Source: an uncultured Planctomycetia bacterium (GTDB lineage: Bacteria > Omnitrophota > Gorgyraeia > Tantalellales > Tantalellaceae). Taken from it: 64,000 nt of DNA. The translations under genes were made by a program, and so were the position numbers. The stretch spans positions 6,156 to 70,155 of the forward strand of contig CAZGQR010000003.1 of the NCBI GenBank assembly GCA_964527765.1. Reading direction: 5' to 3'. The notes beneath the pieces are model-generated. The model was not told where the DNA came from and made no database searches. It saw nothing but the letters and a program-made list of their open reading frames with translations. Positions 52,001 through 60,569 of this stretch are shown in pieces (position 1 is the stretch's first letter; every line of letters starts with the position of its first letter).

Positions 52001-54134
52001 TTTTCGTCTTGAACCATTGCCGCCCCCGGGACAAGATCTCCACATAGTCCATATCCCTGACCAGCCTGGTCAGGGCCATTCCCGCGCTTCCCCCTGTTTT
52101 ATCCAGGGAAACCCCCTCTTTCACCGCCAGGGCGATATCCCTTATCCCTTTTCCGTTATCCAGGGCGACTACCTCTACACCTCTGCCTTTTTTCTCGCTG
52201 TATATCCCGCGTGCCAGGAGCACCCCGAATCCGGTTACCACATGCTGTTCCACGTTTTCCGCCAGGCCCACAAGAGACCTGATCACCTTGGAAGCTTTTA
52301 TGTCGCTCAGGCCTAAATTTTTTACCAGACCGGGGATATTTGTCTTTTCCACAATCGCTACCGCTTCTGACGGCTTCATGCTCAACAGTTTCTCGATCTT
52401 TCTCCTGCCCCGCCTGCCGACAAAAAGAGCCCACCTGAACCCGTAAAAACTTTCAAGAACGCACAAACTTTCCTTGAGAGCTTCTTCGTTCATATCACAC
52501 AACGCCTGCCAGGCCCTGCCTATCAGGTCCTCAGTCGGTATGATTTCTTCCGGCGCGGTCGCGGCATCCCTCGCGGCGAAGGGCTTCTGCCTTATCCTCA
52601 GGTCCCAGCCATAACCGCTGCTGTTCCCCGCCAGGAACGCCGGCACCATCAGCGTAAGCAGGATCCGGTGCTTGATATCCTCGATCTCGGGGTCCTTGAT
52701 CTCCTTAAGAGAGATCGGAAAGTCAGGGCCTTTGTCAAAATAGGCCATGTCCTCCGGGACACACACGTAATCGTCCGTAATAAGGTACCCGCCCGGTCTC
52801 ATTTGTTCGTAGATGCGGCATATGAAACTGCCCCATCCTTTTTCATAGTCCTTGGCGGTTTCATTGGCGGCTCTCTGATAATAAATATCGATCCTTTCCC
52901 CTTCGAGCATTTCTTCATATTGGCGGGGCCTGGTGATATCGGCATTTATGAACGTTATCGAATAGGTCTGTTCCTTTGCGCCCCTGTACTGCCAGTCAAA
53001 CGTTATGCGGGGATGGCCTTGATCCGAATCGACCTTCACCGTCGAAAGATCCACCCCTATCGCTTTCAGCTCAAAAGCGATCGCCGCGGTGATCTTTCTC
53101 CTGTTCTGAAGCGTCCCGCCGTTGGCGAAACCCCACTTGAATTTTTCGCAGTAAAGATCGGCGTTGAAATATTTTCTCAGGTATTCTTCGGGACCATCGT
53201 CCTTAAAGCACTTCTTGAGTTCCGATTCCGAAAGCTGATAGAAAATGCCGCTATAATCCGAGATGAAATATCCCCTGGTCGCGTTGGTCGAAAGAAGAAA
53301 GTTCGAGATGTCGGCGCCGGCGGCGCCGTAAACCGCCGTCAGGGGCCTGTTGTCCGGGTTCACGAATCTCTTTATCGCCATGCCGTGCTCGACATGCATT
53401 CTCTGGAGAAGGCCCGCATTGATCGGGCGATAGTCGATCTGTTTCTTCCCATCAAGGGGTGAAGTTTTTTCCGTCTCCGGAAGCGAGGCTTCTTCCGCCC
53501 GCGGGAACGGGGTTTTCCCCCGGTCTTTTTGTCCGGCTGAGATACCTTTTTCCGGCACGATCCGGGAAGATATGGCGCCCCACCCTTCACACATGATCTT
53601 TGCATCCCCGATCTCGATGGGTATTGCGGCTCCGCCGCGAGATTCAAGCGGTTCATCTCCCGGCAAGTAATAGCGGAGGGTCACCGTTTCGGGGCTTCCT
53701 TCTCTCTTGTAGGGCAGGCAAAAAGTGTTTCCTTCTTTATGCAATTCCTGCCATTTAAAGCTTTCGAAATCTATATGCGAGATGTGCTTCTTAAGAAGTT
53801 TTTCCCTGAGGCCATCCGCGCTTATCATGCTTCCGGACTGGGCCAGCACCTGCCCTATTAAAATGCTGAGATAAATGAACCCGGCATCCTCCTGGAAATC
53901 TTCTTTGGCTCTCGATCCCGCCGCTTCATTTTCATTAACAATGACCTGGCCGCTCTCGCGCACTTTCACGCTGATGATGGGGCTGAGTCTCGAAGGAGGA
54001 GAAAGGGTGTGGACGCTTTCCCGCGCCGCGCCGGGCTCGAGCGCGTAGGAAATGTTGCTGAAAACGAACAGGCATATTATGCCCGCCGATACGGCCTTGA
54101 ACCACAACTTGTGCGTATTGAAATATCTTTCCAT
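43020..54134 (-). CDS. Giant (3704 aa) signal-peptide multidomain protein: MTase-like, 3x RsbT-like HATPase, HemK-like MTase, 2x wHTH, kinase-like, sigma70-like, GNAT, CCA/poly(A) polymerase-like, MCD-like
   Basis: Uninterrupted 11,115-bp ORF with its own promoter and SD (CAGGGAG); signal peptide ending SYA at aa 31; domain motifs listed in findings. Confidence 0.9.
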   Translation of the reverse strand: MERYFNTHKLWFKAVSAGIICLFVFSNISYALEPGAARESVHTLSPPSRLSPIISVKVRESGQVIVNENEAAGSRAKEDFQEDAGFIYLSILIGQVLAQSGSMISADGLREKLLKKHISHIDFESFKWQELHKEGNTFCLPYKREGSPETVTLRYYLPGDEPLESRGGAAIPIEIGDAKIMCEGWGAISSRIVPEKGISAGQKDRGKTPFPRAEEASLPETEKTSPLDGKKQIDYRPINAGLLQRMHVEHGMAIKRFVNPDNRPLTAVYGAAGADISNFLLSTNATRGYFISDYSGIFYQLSESELKKCFKDDGPEEYLRKYFNADLYCEKFKWGFANGGTLQNRRKITAAIAFELKAIGVDLSTVKVDSDQGHPRITFDWQYRGAKEQTYSITFINADITRPRQYEEMLEGERIDIYYQRAANETAKDYEKGWGSFICRIYEQMRPGGYLITDDYVCVPEDMAYFDKGPDFPISLKEIKDPEIEDIKHRILLTLMVPAFLAGNSSGYGWDLRIRQKPFAARDAATAPEEIIPTEDLIGRAWQALCDMNEEALKESLCVLESFYGFRWALFVGRRGRRKIEKLLSMKPSEAVAIVEKTNIPGLVKNLGLSDIKASKVIRSLVGLAENVEQHVVTGFGVLLARGIYSEKKGRGVEVVALDNGKGIRDIALAVKEGVSLDKTGGSAGMALTRLVRDMDYVEILSRGRQWFKTKKARDAEMEHGGTKVVARKWAGIKRKAPDPAGPVFELEMPGIITEAHEDFVSGEIRKFIKSIEEVPEGKRVSIDDVLNELARNIMEHGRGGVIRVYAGRDKSGAITGLKIVAVDNGEGLTRDPNELVRDSIKAAEGALRGFGFKRIAFDPDHVVIESKGRKAYGEKWTGISTDENAGLWFAQSGTSDITAGTMITLEFHLIQPPAEFSEVASRIFRALGIVPAKLEWRREKGFDIAEVPLEKLNSYAIRTAFRVLEKDELEGALSIVNHNDKPLFLSLQRTGKDPVVIDLSVYYGDSDKRKAESAKKRKKKLFPDFWPRVLKSAYAYAMFDNSGELIEIKSAPPTDGKAYPPGMTVLSIPVLPGVYTGVNPSSEVSAKAALKYAKPGMKVLVIGTGSGLEARIAAEKGAFVDAVDIKEMAVENTKLTCSLGGAGSRVNAFRNDLFDGLGQYDLIIFNMPHITMPHGSSVDLGTGLITPDDRNVKDFGEAVLKRVAANIAEHMTDGGKAVLVNSYLKYVEELLSEKTGLAVSADSFGLVSNSRAYIISKEKARSGRGDGLQREDPPAEGSPCSMFEILRAKEGFAFAEQIRLETKGGMPDGHLSLEVVKRDLGTLVFLGLVEKDGEGDYAIFRAMELSPAGWEIAEPVLKKLGPRPSAGEKRAAKERLRRRLFSIITLSAAPPEKDVQAVRKAVSRVPRIRNFERDFKFTGLIKTGNSVLRKYEYVGEDKILTNAIELKKGNYYITKDSTLYGHRHGNLEIFLLPQVEILSFINPANTNPCLPKFIGLVPTDGMDGFSSKKVPLFEFIDGRTLEDHARALRLRPLRAVESAFLDLAEKTLKGYRQTYLNNGYVHGDIDPTAIMAVEDNGALKRVVYVDNDTVTPLDKGGRINKIRKWFTKGYYMSGDRINRVKAEDTPTRELCLPRDDVYALCVTLLESIKSTFRKLPDKKRRKPTRKINKLVRALKKYKELSEKENAGDRLLTELIKEVDGIMIGKKRPEPGAVPPTSEGSPYNTFEILRAENRFISAQDIAGKSGLSMEHTIKRDLGVLDRLGLVERKGSGRGAVYRAMVLKPVELEIVTSILKDLGAKPASAETKAAREKLEKGGIIIGPDTVLEEFRKKKIRWPRVMKEARRHLVEILAREAGKKSGEVDTVDLAKQLEAFGGKSLSGLLTFYVRMNGLSGRGSFHRALRIIKKHLGIRNLLPLRRKELRFTEDSWSKTKELLHRYRGYEDLPHGLEKFVKRHFGSLTNADIVALALDAETGNKASFVALHAVCKHAVQGVMNNHKDDIGDHGLSDLLNDVLMKTVLAFGDHKHEIFVPYFQAAFQNALMDHYRRLKRNREVSLTGPIKEDADHIFRRGRLTALTDEEIKELLDLLKEVLPDTRHKERDIQIFKEKYFDDDTTRELMDRYGMSESSVLGVCKNIIDRIAKNTRLKKAFSAIMPGNAGPDGFIWQGVYPLKEFLSRLDDIKKNDITDEYRDRIVRLSGMIDLPQLEIPQYERISLKGLLEGLRKGKTRIYGFESIVNGPDDFFLGRNDEGEELFFATDVITELENRGSPAIVDEYLLHELLCPFLGHYNAILVQQDLFPDNYPDKRKLQEQLKFTPYKGLLGKALRDIIEERLSGRSGLDQGEFEKKYIVSRHAQPPEDLSVLDSVVVTKEEAESPLRRPTVDAKNRKAMEMFKALSPGDAREPIGFDPGVAPVVPQDFRNRAQLAEFLFGELVKNMQEFVSLAQPEADFYFRIEKVKRADGTVGVRIMAVDRGRGIPVPDAFEKPRVRRKYVSPESTLESVRGVFLSGLRRLGRIDDITVEGASRGKGVRYYHDPAGNHADLFESDPNETKISVTMFPSQQFETPISHQPEEKEKAQEREEGAVSTFVMGAKSGDRIKIWIEPADSDEVHQLIQGEYTKMFRWFTQFMKKDDQWKNVDEKYKVLKAYTAKGILEALCVYEMDREGRYGLGPGVCIKILEVARHNTEREKEGRKLRGVGRRMVESLINISLREGGEGRVFIRPQARRAFFKIIGMQTTHSPDFLEWFIFEPDKAWEFAATLDEEIELQREEFLTRPRKLPLMERKDLGHGSRFRIDELPEGIVKTFLQFLRRNDLSRIIIYGGAVRSLLLNKTPSDFDIVIEKEAIQEKTGVNTWDTMSDLAFALSKAGNRIEVEDIPYRLFEKAFLNFRGFPIDVLGVLDEEGNIEPDPMADLSMNRIGFKIVGDEIELIDIHGGIADFKRKAARLVGKKTGEKEKIAPENLHMPQFLRAVQFIDLFDLELTPQTKKLIKECAETYQWEEDPYMKERLEDTLTLIFRFSRNQKATFDLMKELGLVSKLREFGIEPNDFVIKYGPNGMVPFEGPVTVPNLPLPQPEEDNLRADDETAGARGKFRSQLSETRQNDITGQYKDKIISLFKDALKGEELSHEDRSRLQDQLEKLKEYKIYGFKSIMESPDDFILYRNDAEAGELFLATDVIAWLQNHGPPELVDEYLFRTIASPDESKLYEGRLGRSLCNIINWEVTEITQAGAAELDEALSVHNESWVRSKFLQLTKEQMRHLIRQKMVYLLKIKGIEKPVRGVLLTYPLNTGGELAKIEEYPLWDNMFSGKSGKGPFDTLLFWAIGSSKDDATRNINLGQMFIDKAKAHFDDVPYISTFSPAVGFDGFREELEKKGIPEKIIEKYGIFLYLVSLRGGGYETYLRRIAEEGFILPEEFFKEEKAKARDLVENFHVVKNKAVIAAVLPRKEGYTRPDALFTIMYGYKGFKNDVKGFRQLKEWRSIMPPSSERAKAEDREKEHAIDRDAKIAQDFIDTAIVRAFERKKPGEKVIFALGTDWIRGYEKKGSLQHQVLNRLIMALRGFCKSQNIIFIDREDKDLLTAVKTEKAKKGNEDAKVIVLSHENTVTSGEFEALRKDKDIFLAGVDNRNLTENTYSYIMEMLTLAFELAFDPGIDSGDFGITVKKDERFPDIYIFILPKAIPVEFEELRERYRTQETKIRTAA

Positions 54135-54231
54135 GCTCTCCCTGTAGTATTTGACTGTAACAGTATCTATATATACAGTTTTTAGGGGCTACCTTTATAA
54201 TAAATAAAATCAGGACAAATAATAGTAAAGG

Positions 54232-54261
54232 ATTATAACACACAAAAGTTAGTTAAGTCAA
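54232..54261 (-). promoter_or_regulatory. Sigma70 promoter of the giant gene
   Basis: TTGACT(54261-54256)-18-TATAAT(54237-54232) with extended -10 TG, in an AT-rich intergenic region. Confidence 0.65.
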
Positions 54262-54342
54262 TAAAAATCTTGAATTTCCCCCTGCCCGTGCGGTCCCCGG
54301 TTGAATCTTGTAAAAGATCATCGGGCGTGTTAACATACCTAC

Positions 54343-55287
54343 GTGGAAAGTGAACGTAAGCGCATCATATGCTGCGGGAATATAGCTTTTGACCTCATCA
54401 CTACAGGCAAAGACATGGGTGGAATGATTTTCGAGGCCAGGCCGGGAGGGTCTGTCCTCAACACGGCCATCCTCCTGGCCCGGCTGGGGCTCTCCGTGTC
54501 TATGCTGTCAAAGGCGGGAAAAAATTTTCTCGGTGATACTCTTCTGAGGATCATGCGGGCGGAAGGGCTTGAAACAAAATACACCGTGCAGAAAAAAGAC
54601 TTTAAGACAGGGCTTGCGATCGCCCGGATCGATAAAAAAGGAGATTCCTCCTACCTCTTCTACAAACCATACGGAAAACAAAATCTGCTCAAAAAGGAAA
54701 AGCTTCCCTGTTCCCTGTTTAAAAAAGCGGATGTTTTCCACGCGGGCTCCACCTATTCATATAACGACCATACATTTGAAGAGACCCTTGAGTCCATGAA
54801 GCGCGCAAAAAAGGAAGCTGTTTTTATCACCTACGATCCCAACTGGCGCGAGTTCAGGATAAAAGATAAGAAAAAGACCCGCGCGCGCATCCGCAAACTG
54901 CTCACCTTCGTCGACCTGCTTAAGCTCAGTGAGACGGATGCTCTCGGCATCACCGGATCAAGAACGCTCCCCGGCGCTCTCCGGCGTCTGCCCGAAAACA
55001 CTATTGTCACTCTCGGGGATAAGGGTTCTTTTTTCTGGGACGGAAAGAAAAAAACATATCACCCGGCATTTAAGGTCCGGGTCGTGGATACCATAGGGGC
55101 GGGTGACGGCTTCACGGCCGGCATTATACACAGGTATTGCGCAAGGGGCATGGAAGCGTTCCGGAAAGAAAAAAGAGAGACCCTCGCTTTCGCTTCAGCG
55201 GTGTCGGCCCTGGTCTGCAGGGGCAGGGGCGCCGCGGAAGGCTTGCGGAGCCTGCAACAGGTTAAAAGATTCCTCAGATCGCGCTGA
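54343..55287 (+). CDS. PfkB-family carbohydrate kinase (fructokinase-like)
   Basis: PGGSVLNTA, YDPNWR, VTLGDKG, VVDTIGAGDGF. Confidence 0.93.
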   Translation: MESERKRIICCGNIAFDLITTGKDMGGMIFEARPGGSVLNTAILLARLGLSVSMLSKAGKNFLGDTLLRIMRAEGLETKYTVQKKDFKTGLAIARIDKKGDSSYLFYKPYGKQNLLKKEKLPCSLFKKADVFHAGSTYSYNDHTFEETLESMKRAKKEAVFITYDPNWREFRIKDKKKTRARIRKLLTFVDLLKLSETDALGITGSRTLPGALRRLPENTIVTLGDKGSFFWDGKKKTYHPAFKVRVVDTIGAGDGFTAGIIHRYCARGMEAFRKEKRETLAFASAVSALVCRGRGAAEGLRSLQQVKRFLRSR

Positions 55288-55785
55288 TTAAACGAGGTCT
55301 ATCATCCAGGATTTCAGGATCTTCTGTATGGTCGAGATCACGATGATCCCGGCCAGGATCATGATGATCGTGTGAAAGGTCCAATCATTTATCACAAATC
55401 CAAGAGCGATCCCGGCGGCGGGAGCGTGTTCCGTATTTGTTACGGACATCAGGAATATGGCCAGGCCGACAGCCGCCCCGCCGGCTAAGACATGCATAAG
55501 CACTTGTATCAGATAAAGTTCTACAGGAAAAACCGTGAGGTAGTGGATCGAAGCGCCTACTGCCACGCCGATGACATACCCGCCAATAAGATACCTGGGG
55601 CCGGAGATCTTGTGATGCGGCATGGCAAAAGCTACAAGCGTGCTGGCCCCGAACGACGCTATAATAGCGGGGTGATGGACGACATCAAAAAGCAGTAAGG
55701 CCGCAACGACCGCGAGCCCTCCCAGGGCCGACTGAATAATATACCGGGATTTATTGTTCCGGAATTTCTCATCAAAAAACCGCAC
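55288..55785 (-). CDS. HPP-family membrane protein
   Basis: Multiple TM helices, IIASFGAS, EHAPAAG (HPP-like motif). Confidence 0.8.
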   Translation of the reverse strand: MRFFDEKFRNNKSRYIIQSALGGLAVVAALLLFDVVHHPAIIASFGASTLVAFAMPHHKISGPRYLIGGYVIGVAVGASIHYLTVFPVELYLIQVLMHVLAGGAAVGLAIFLMSVTNTEHAPAAGIALGFVINDWTFHTIIMILAGIIVISTIQKILKSWMIDLV

Positions 55786-55787
55786 TG

Positions 55788-57340
<1,553 letters not shown>

Positions 57341-57946
57341 TCAGTCCAGAACCCTGACCTTCCTGCCCTCTATCTTGAGTTTTCCCCGGACAAAAAGACG
57401 TACGGCTTCCGGATACAGTTTATGTTCCTCGGCATGGATCTTTTCCTCCAAAGCATCGAGAGTGTCGTTCTCTTCGACGCGCACGCATGACTGCAATATC
57501 ACCGGGCCCGCGTCCAGGTCGCTTTCCACGAAATGCACCGTTACGCCCGTGACCTTCACCCCGCACTCGAACGCGTCTTTTATGCCGCTCGTCCCCTTGA
57601 ACGACGGCAGAAGCGCGGGATGTATGTTAAGTATCCTGTCTTTATATTCTTCAATAAAAGAGTCGCTGAGTATCCGCATGAACCCGGCGAGTACGACCAG
57701 TTCTATTTTGTCTTCCTTGAGGCGCCGCAACACCGCCTTGTCATACTCATCGCGCGATCCGAACTTTGCCGCTTCCAGGACAAAGGTCTTGATCCCGGCT
57801 TTGCGGGCGCGTTCCAGGGCAAAGGCTCCCGGCTGATCGCTTACCACAAGGACCACCCGGCCCCCCGCCAGTTCTTTTCCTGCTTCCGCGTCAATGAGCG
57901 CCTGGAGGTTGGTCCCGTTTCCCGATACAAATACAGCTATGTTCAT
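57341..57946 (-). CDS. purN: Phosphoribosylglycinamide formyltransferase
   Basis: SGNGTNLQA, LAGFMRIL, NIHPALLPSF, DAGP; ATG 57946. Confidence 0.97.
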   Translation of the reverse strand: MNIAVFVSGNGTNLQALIDAEAGKELAGGRVVLVVSDQPGAFALERARKAGIKTFVLEAAKFGSRDEYDKAVLRRLKEDKIELVVLAGFMRILSDSFIEEYKDRILNIHPALLPSFKGTSGIKDAFECGVKVTGVTVHFVESDLDAGPVILQSCVRVEENDTLDALEEKIHAEEHKLYPEAVRLFVRGKLKIEGRKVRVLD

Positions 57947-57951
57947 GGCAC

Positions 57952-58758
57952 CTATATCTCCTTGATGACTTTTGTCGGGCATTTACCCGCTACTTTTCTC
58001 ACCTTCTCATGATCGCCCTGTTTTGAATAATCCGCGCGCGAAAGGTTGTCCGTAACCTTGAAAAAGCCCTCCGGCGACAGTTTTTCACATATGCCGCAGG
58101 CGATGCATCCCACGGCGCAGATCTGCCTCACCCTGACAGCACCGTCATGAGTGCTGCATGCCACGTAAAAAAGCTTCTCATTCTTTTTCTCCTGCATGCT
58201 GATTATGCCCCGGGGGCAGGCTTCAGCGCACTTGCCGCAACCCGTGCATTTTTTCTGGTCGACTACCGGAAGTCCGTTCTCCATATGAAGAGCATCGAAG
58301 GGGCATACCAGCGCGCAATCGCCGAACCCCATGCATCCGTATTCACATTCCATTCCGGCACCGAAGGCAAGGTTTGCCGCGCCGCAGGTGCGCACTCCCT
58401 TATAATCAGCCACCGGTTTCTTGTCTTTCCACTCGGCCGCGCAATGCACGAGCGGGATCTTGGGATGCCGTTCCTCCCCCTCCTTGCCGAGAAACTTAAG
58501 CAGCTGTTCCATGGCTTCCTCGCCCATTACCCTGCACTTCGCGGGATCCTCGCCGTCCTTGACGATGTGCTCGGCGAAATCATGACAGTTCACATACCCG
58601 CACGCCCCGCAGTTGACGTGGGGAAGATGACCGAGCACCTCGGCGATCTTGGGATCTTCTTCCACTTTCAGTTTCTTGTCGGCGAACCCCAGGAGAGAAG
58701 CGAAAAGGGCTGCCATTCCCGCCATGCTGAATATCGACGCTAGCATCAAATTATCCAT
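57952..58758 (-). CDS. rnfB: Rnf complex subunit B
   Basis: N-terminal TM, LPHVNCGACG, CEYGCMGFGDC, CTGCGKC ferredoxin motifs. Confidence 0.95.
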   Translation of the reverse strand: MDNLMLASIFSMAGMAALFASLLGFADKKLKVEEDPKIAEVLGHLPHVNCGACGYVNCHDFAEHIVKDGEDPAKCRVMGEEAMEQLLKFLGKEGEERHPKIPLVHCAAEWKDKKPVADYKGVRTCGAANLAFGAGMECEYGCMGFGDCALVCPFDALHMENGLPVVDQKKCTGCGKCAEACPRGIISMQEKKNEKLFYVACSTHDGAVRVRQICAVGCIACGICEKLSPEGFFKVTDNLSRADYSKQGDHEKVRKVAGKCPTKVIKEI

Positions 58759-58776
58759 GTTCTCCTAACCGCGCGT

Positions 58777-59370
58777 TCATCTGCTGATTATCCCGCCGAA
58801 CCCCATGAACGCAAGGGCGAGCATCCCGGCCAGTATAAGCGTTATTCCTGTTCCTTTAAGCGCTTCGGGTATGTCGGCAAAATCAAGCTCTTCGCGGATC
58901 CCGGCCATGACCACGAGGGCCAGCGTGAATCCGATCCCCGCCCCGAGGCCAAAAACGACCGATTCCAGAAACGCATATTCCCTGAGCACCATGAAAAGAG
59001 TAAGCCCGAGAATAGCGCAATTCGTGGTTATGAGCGGCAGATATATCCCCAGCGCCCTGTAAAGCGCCGGGGATACCTTCTTGATGACCATTTCCACGAA
59101 CTGCACCAGACTCGCGATCACGATAATAAAGGCGACGTACTGCAGAAATACCAGCTTGAACGGCACAAGGATATAATAATAGATGAGCCAGGTGACGGTC
59201 GCGGCTATCGTCATGACAAATGTCGTCGCCATGCCAAGGCCTACCGCGCTTTCTATTTTGTTGGACACCCCGATAAAGGGACATATCCCCAGAAAGTACG
59301 TAAGCACGAAATTGTTCGTGATACTGGCCGCTATCAGGATCAGAATGAGTTCTTCTATTGTCCTTCCCAT
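58777..59370 (-). CDS. rnfA: Rnf complex subunit A
   Basis: NFVLTYFLGICPF, YLPLITTNCAILG. Confidence 0.95.
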   Translation of the reverse strand: MGRTIEELILILIAASITNNFVLTYFLGICPFIGVSNKIESAVGLGMATTFVMTIAATVTWLIYYYILVPFKLVFLQYVAFIIVIASLVQFVEMVIKKVSPALYRALGIYLPLITTNCAILGLTLFMVLREYAFLESVVFGLGAGIGFTLALVVMAGIREELDFADIPEALKGTGITLILAGMLALAFMGFGGIISR

Positions 59371-59373
59371 CTT

Positions 59374-59985
59374 CTATGCCTGTTTTTTTGCCTTTACTTC
59401 TTTCAGTTTCTTATCCGTTATATTGAATATCCCGACAAGAAGCCCCAAAGTTATGAACGCGCCTGCCGGCAACACCATAACGATCCAGTTCGTGAAGCCC
59501 GCCCACATGACACGGTATCCAAAAATAGTCCCGGCACCGAACACTTCCCTGGCGGATCCAAGCACGATCAGCGCGCAGGTAAATCCCAGCCCCATGCCGA
59601 GGGCATCGAGAAACGACCTGAAGACACCGTGTTTCGAGGCGAACGCTTCAGCCCGGCCCAGTATGATGCAGTTAACGACTATCAAGGGAACATACGGCCC
59701 CAGGGCCTTGCTGATCTGGTAAAAATTGGCTTTAAGAAAATAGTCCGCCGCCGTCACGAATGTCGCGATGATCACCGTAAATATCGGTATCCTGACCTGC
59801 ACGGGGACAAATTTTCTTATGGCGGATACCACTACACTTGAACAAACCACGACAAACAGGGTGGCCATTCCCATGGAAAACCCGAAAAGGGCCTTGGTGG
59901 TCACGGCAAGCGTCGGGCACATACCCAGGACCTGCACGAATATCGGATTTTCACGCCATAAACCTTTTAACAGATCCCTGTACAT
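59374..59985 (-). CDS. rnfE: Rnf complex subunit E
   Basis: ENPIFVQVLGMCPTLAVT, PLIVVNCIILGRAE. Confidence 0.95.
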   Translation of the reverse strand: MYRDLLKGLWRENPIFVQVLGMCPTLAVTTKALFGFSMGMATLFVVVCSSVVVSAIRKFVPVQVRIPIFTVIIATFVTAADYFLKANFYQISKALGPYVPLIVVNCIILGRAEAFASKHGVFRSFLDALGMGLGFTCALIVLGSAREVFGAGTIFGYRVMWAGFTNWIVMVLPAGAFITLGLLVGIFNITDKKLKEVKAKKQA

Positions 59986-60569
59986 TATTCCCCTTTTATG
60001 GCCTTCCGGACCTCTTCTATCCTTTTATTAAGTATGTTCACCACCGCGCGCGACGAAATAGTGGCTCCCGTGATCGCCTCTATCTGATACGGCTGTTCGG
60101 GCTTGCGGTTCCTGACGTACTCTATGGGGTGCGCGAGCGAAAGGCCCACGAACTGTTTCCTGAAATCGTCGCTTGCTATTTCCGCGCCAAGGCCCGGAGT
60201 TTCCTGTGATTCCACTATCTCTATGCCTTTCATCTGAGTGAGATCGGCGTTGAGCCCGCCTATTATCTCTATAATCCCCTGATAACCGTTCCCCTTCGCC
60301 TTAAAAGCGTACCCAAGGAGTTTCCTGTCCTTATCCACGACCTTCACTATGCCCCTGGACCCCTTCTCAGCGCCCTTCATAAGACCGGCAATATCCGCGT
60401 CGGGGAACAGGCTGAGCACCGCTTGTTCGGACTCTTTATTGCGATTGTCCTTGATCTTCTGGGTGGTCAGAATGTGGACCATGACCAGGATCGCCCCCGA
60501 AAGCGCGCCGACAGCCACGAGAGCGCTTATCATCCTGACAAAATTGTTTTTGAAAATATCTTTTATCAT
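59985..60569 (-). CDS. rnfG: Rnf complex subunit G
   Basis: ATG 60569; TM, GYQG, ETPGLG, FMN motif AITGATISS. Confidence 0.93.
   Translation of the reverse strand: MIKDIFKNNFVRMISALVAVGALSGAILVMVHILTTQKIKDNRNKESEQAVLSLFPDADIAGLMKGAEKGSRGIVKVVDKDRKLLGYAFKAKGNGYQGIIEIIGGLNADLTQMKGIEIVESQETPGLGAEIASDDFRKQFVGLSLAHPIEYVRNRKPEQPYQIEAITGATISSRAVVNILNKRIEEVRKAIKGE

Noticed and set aside
42718-54340. tRNA-anchored integrative island carrying the giant gene
   Set aside because: No integrase, and I found no duplicated tRNA 3' end (att site) at the far boundary near 54140-54340. Adjacency alone is insufficient.
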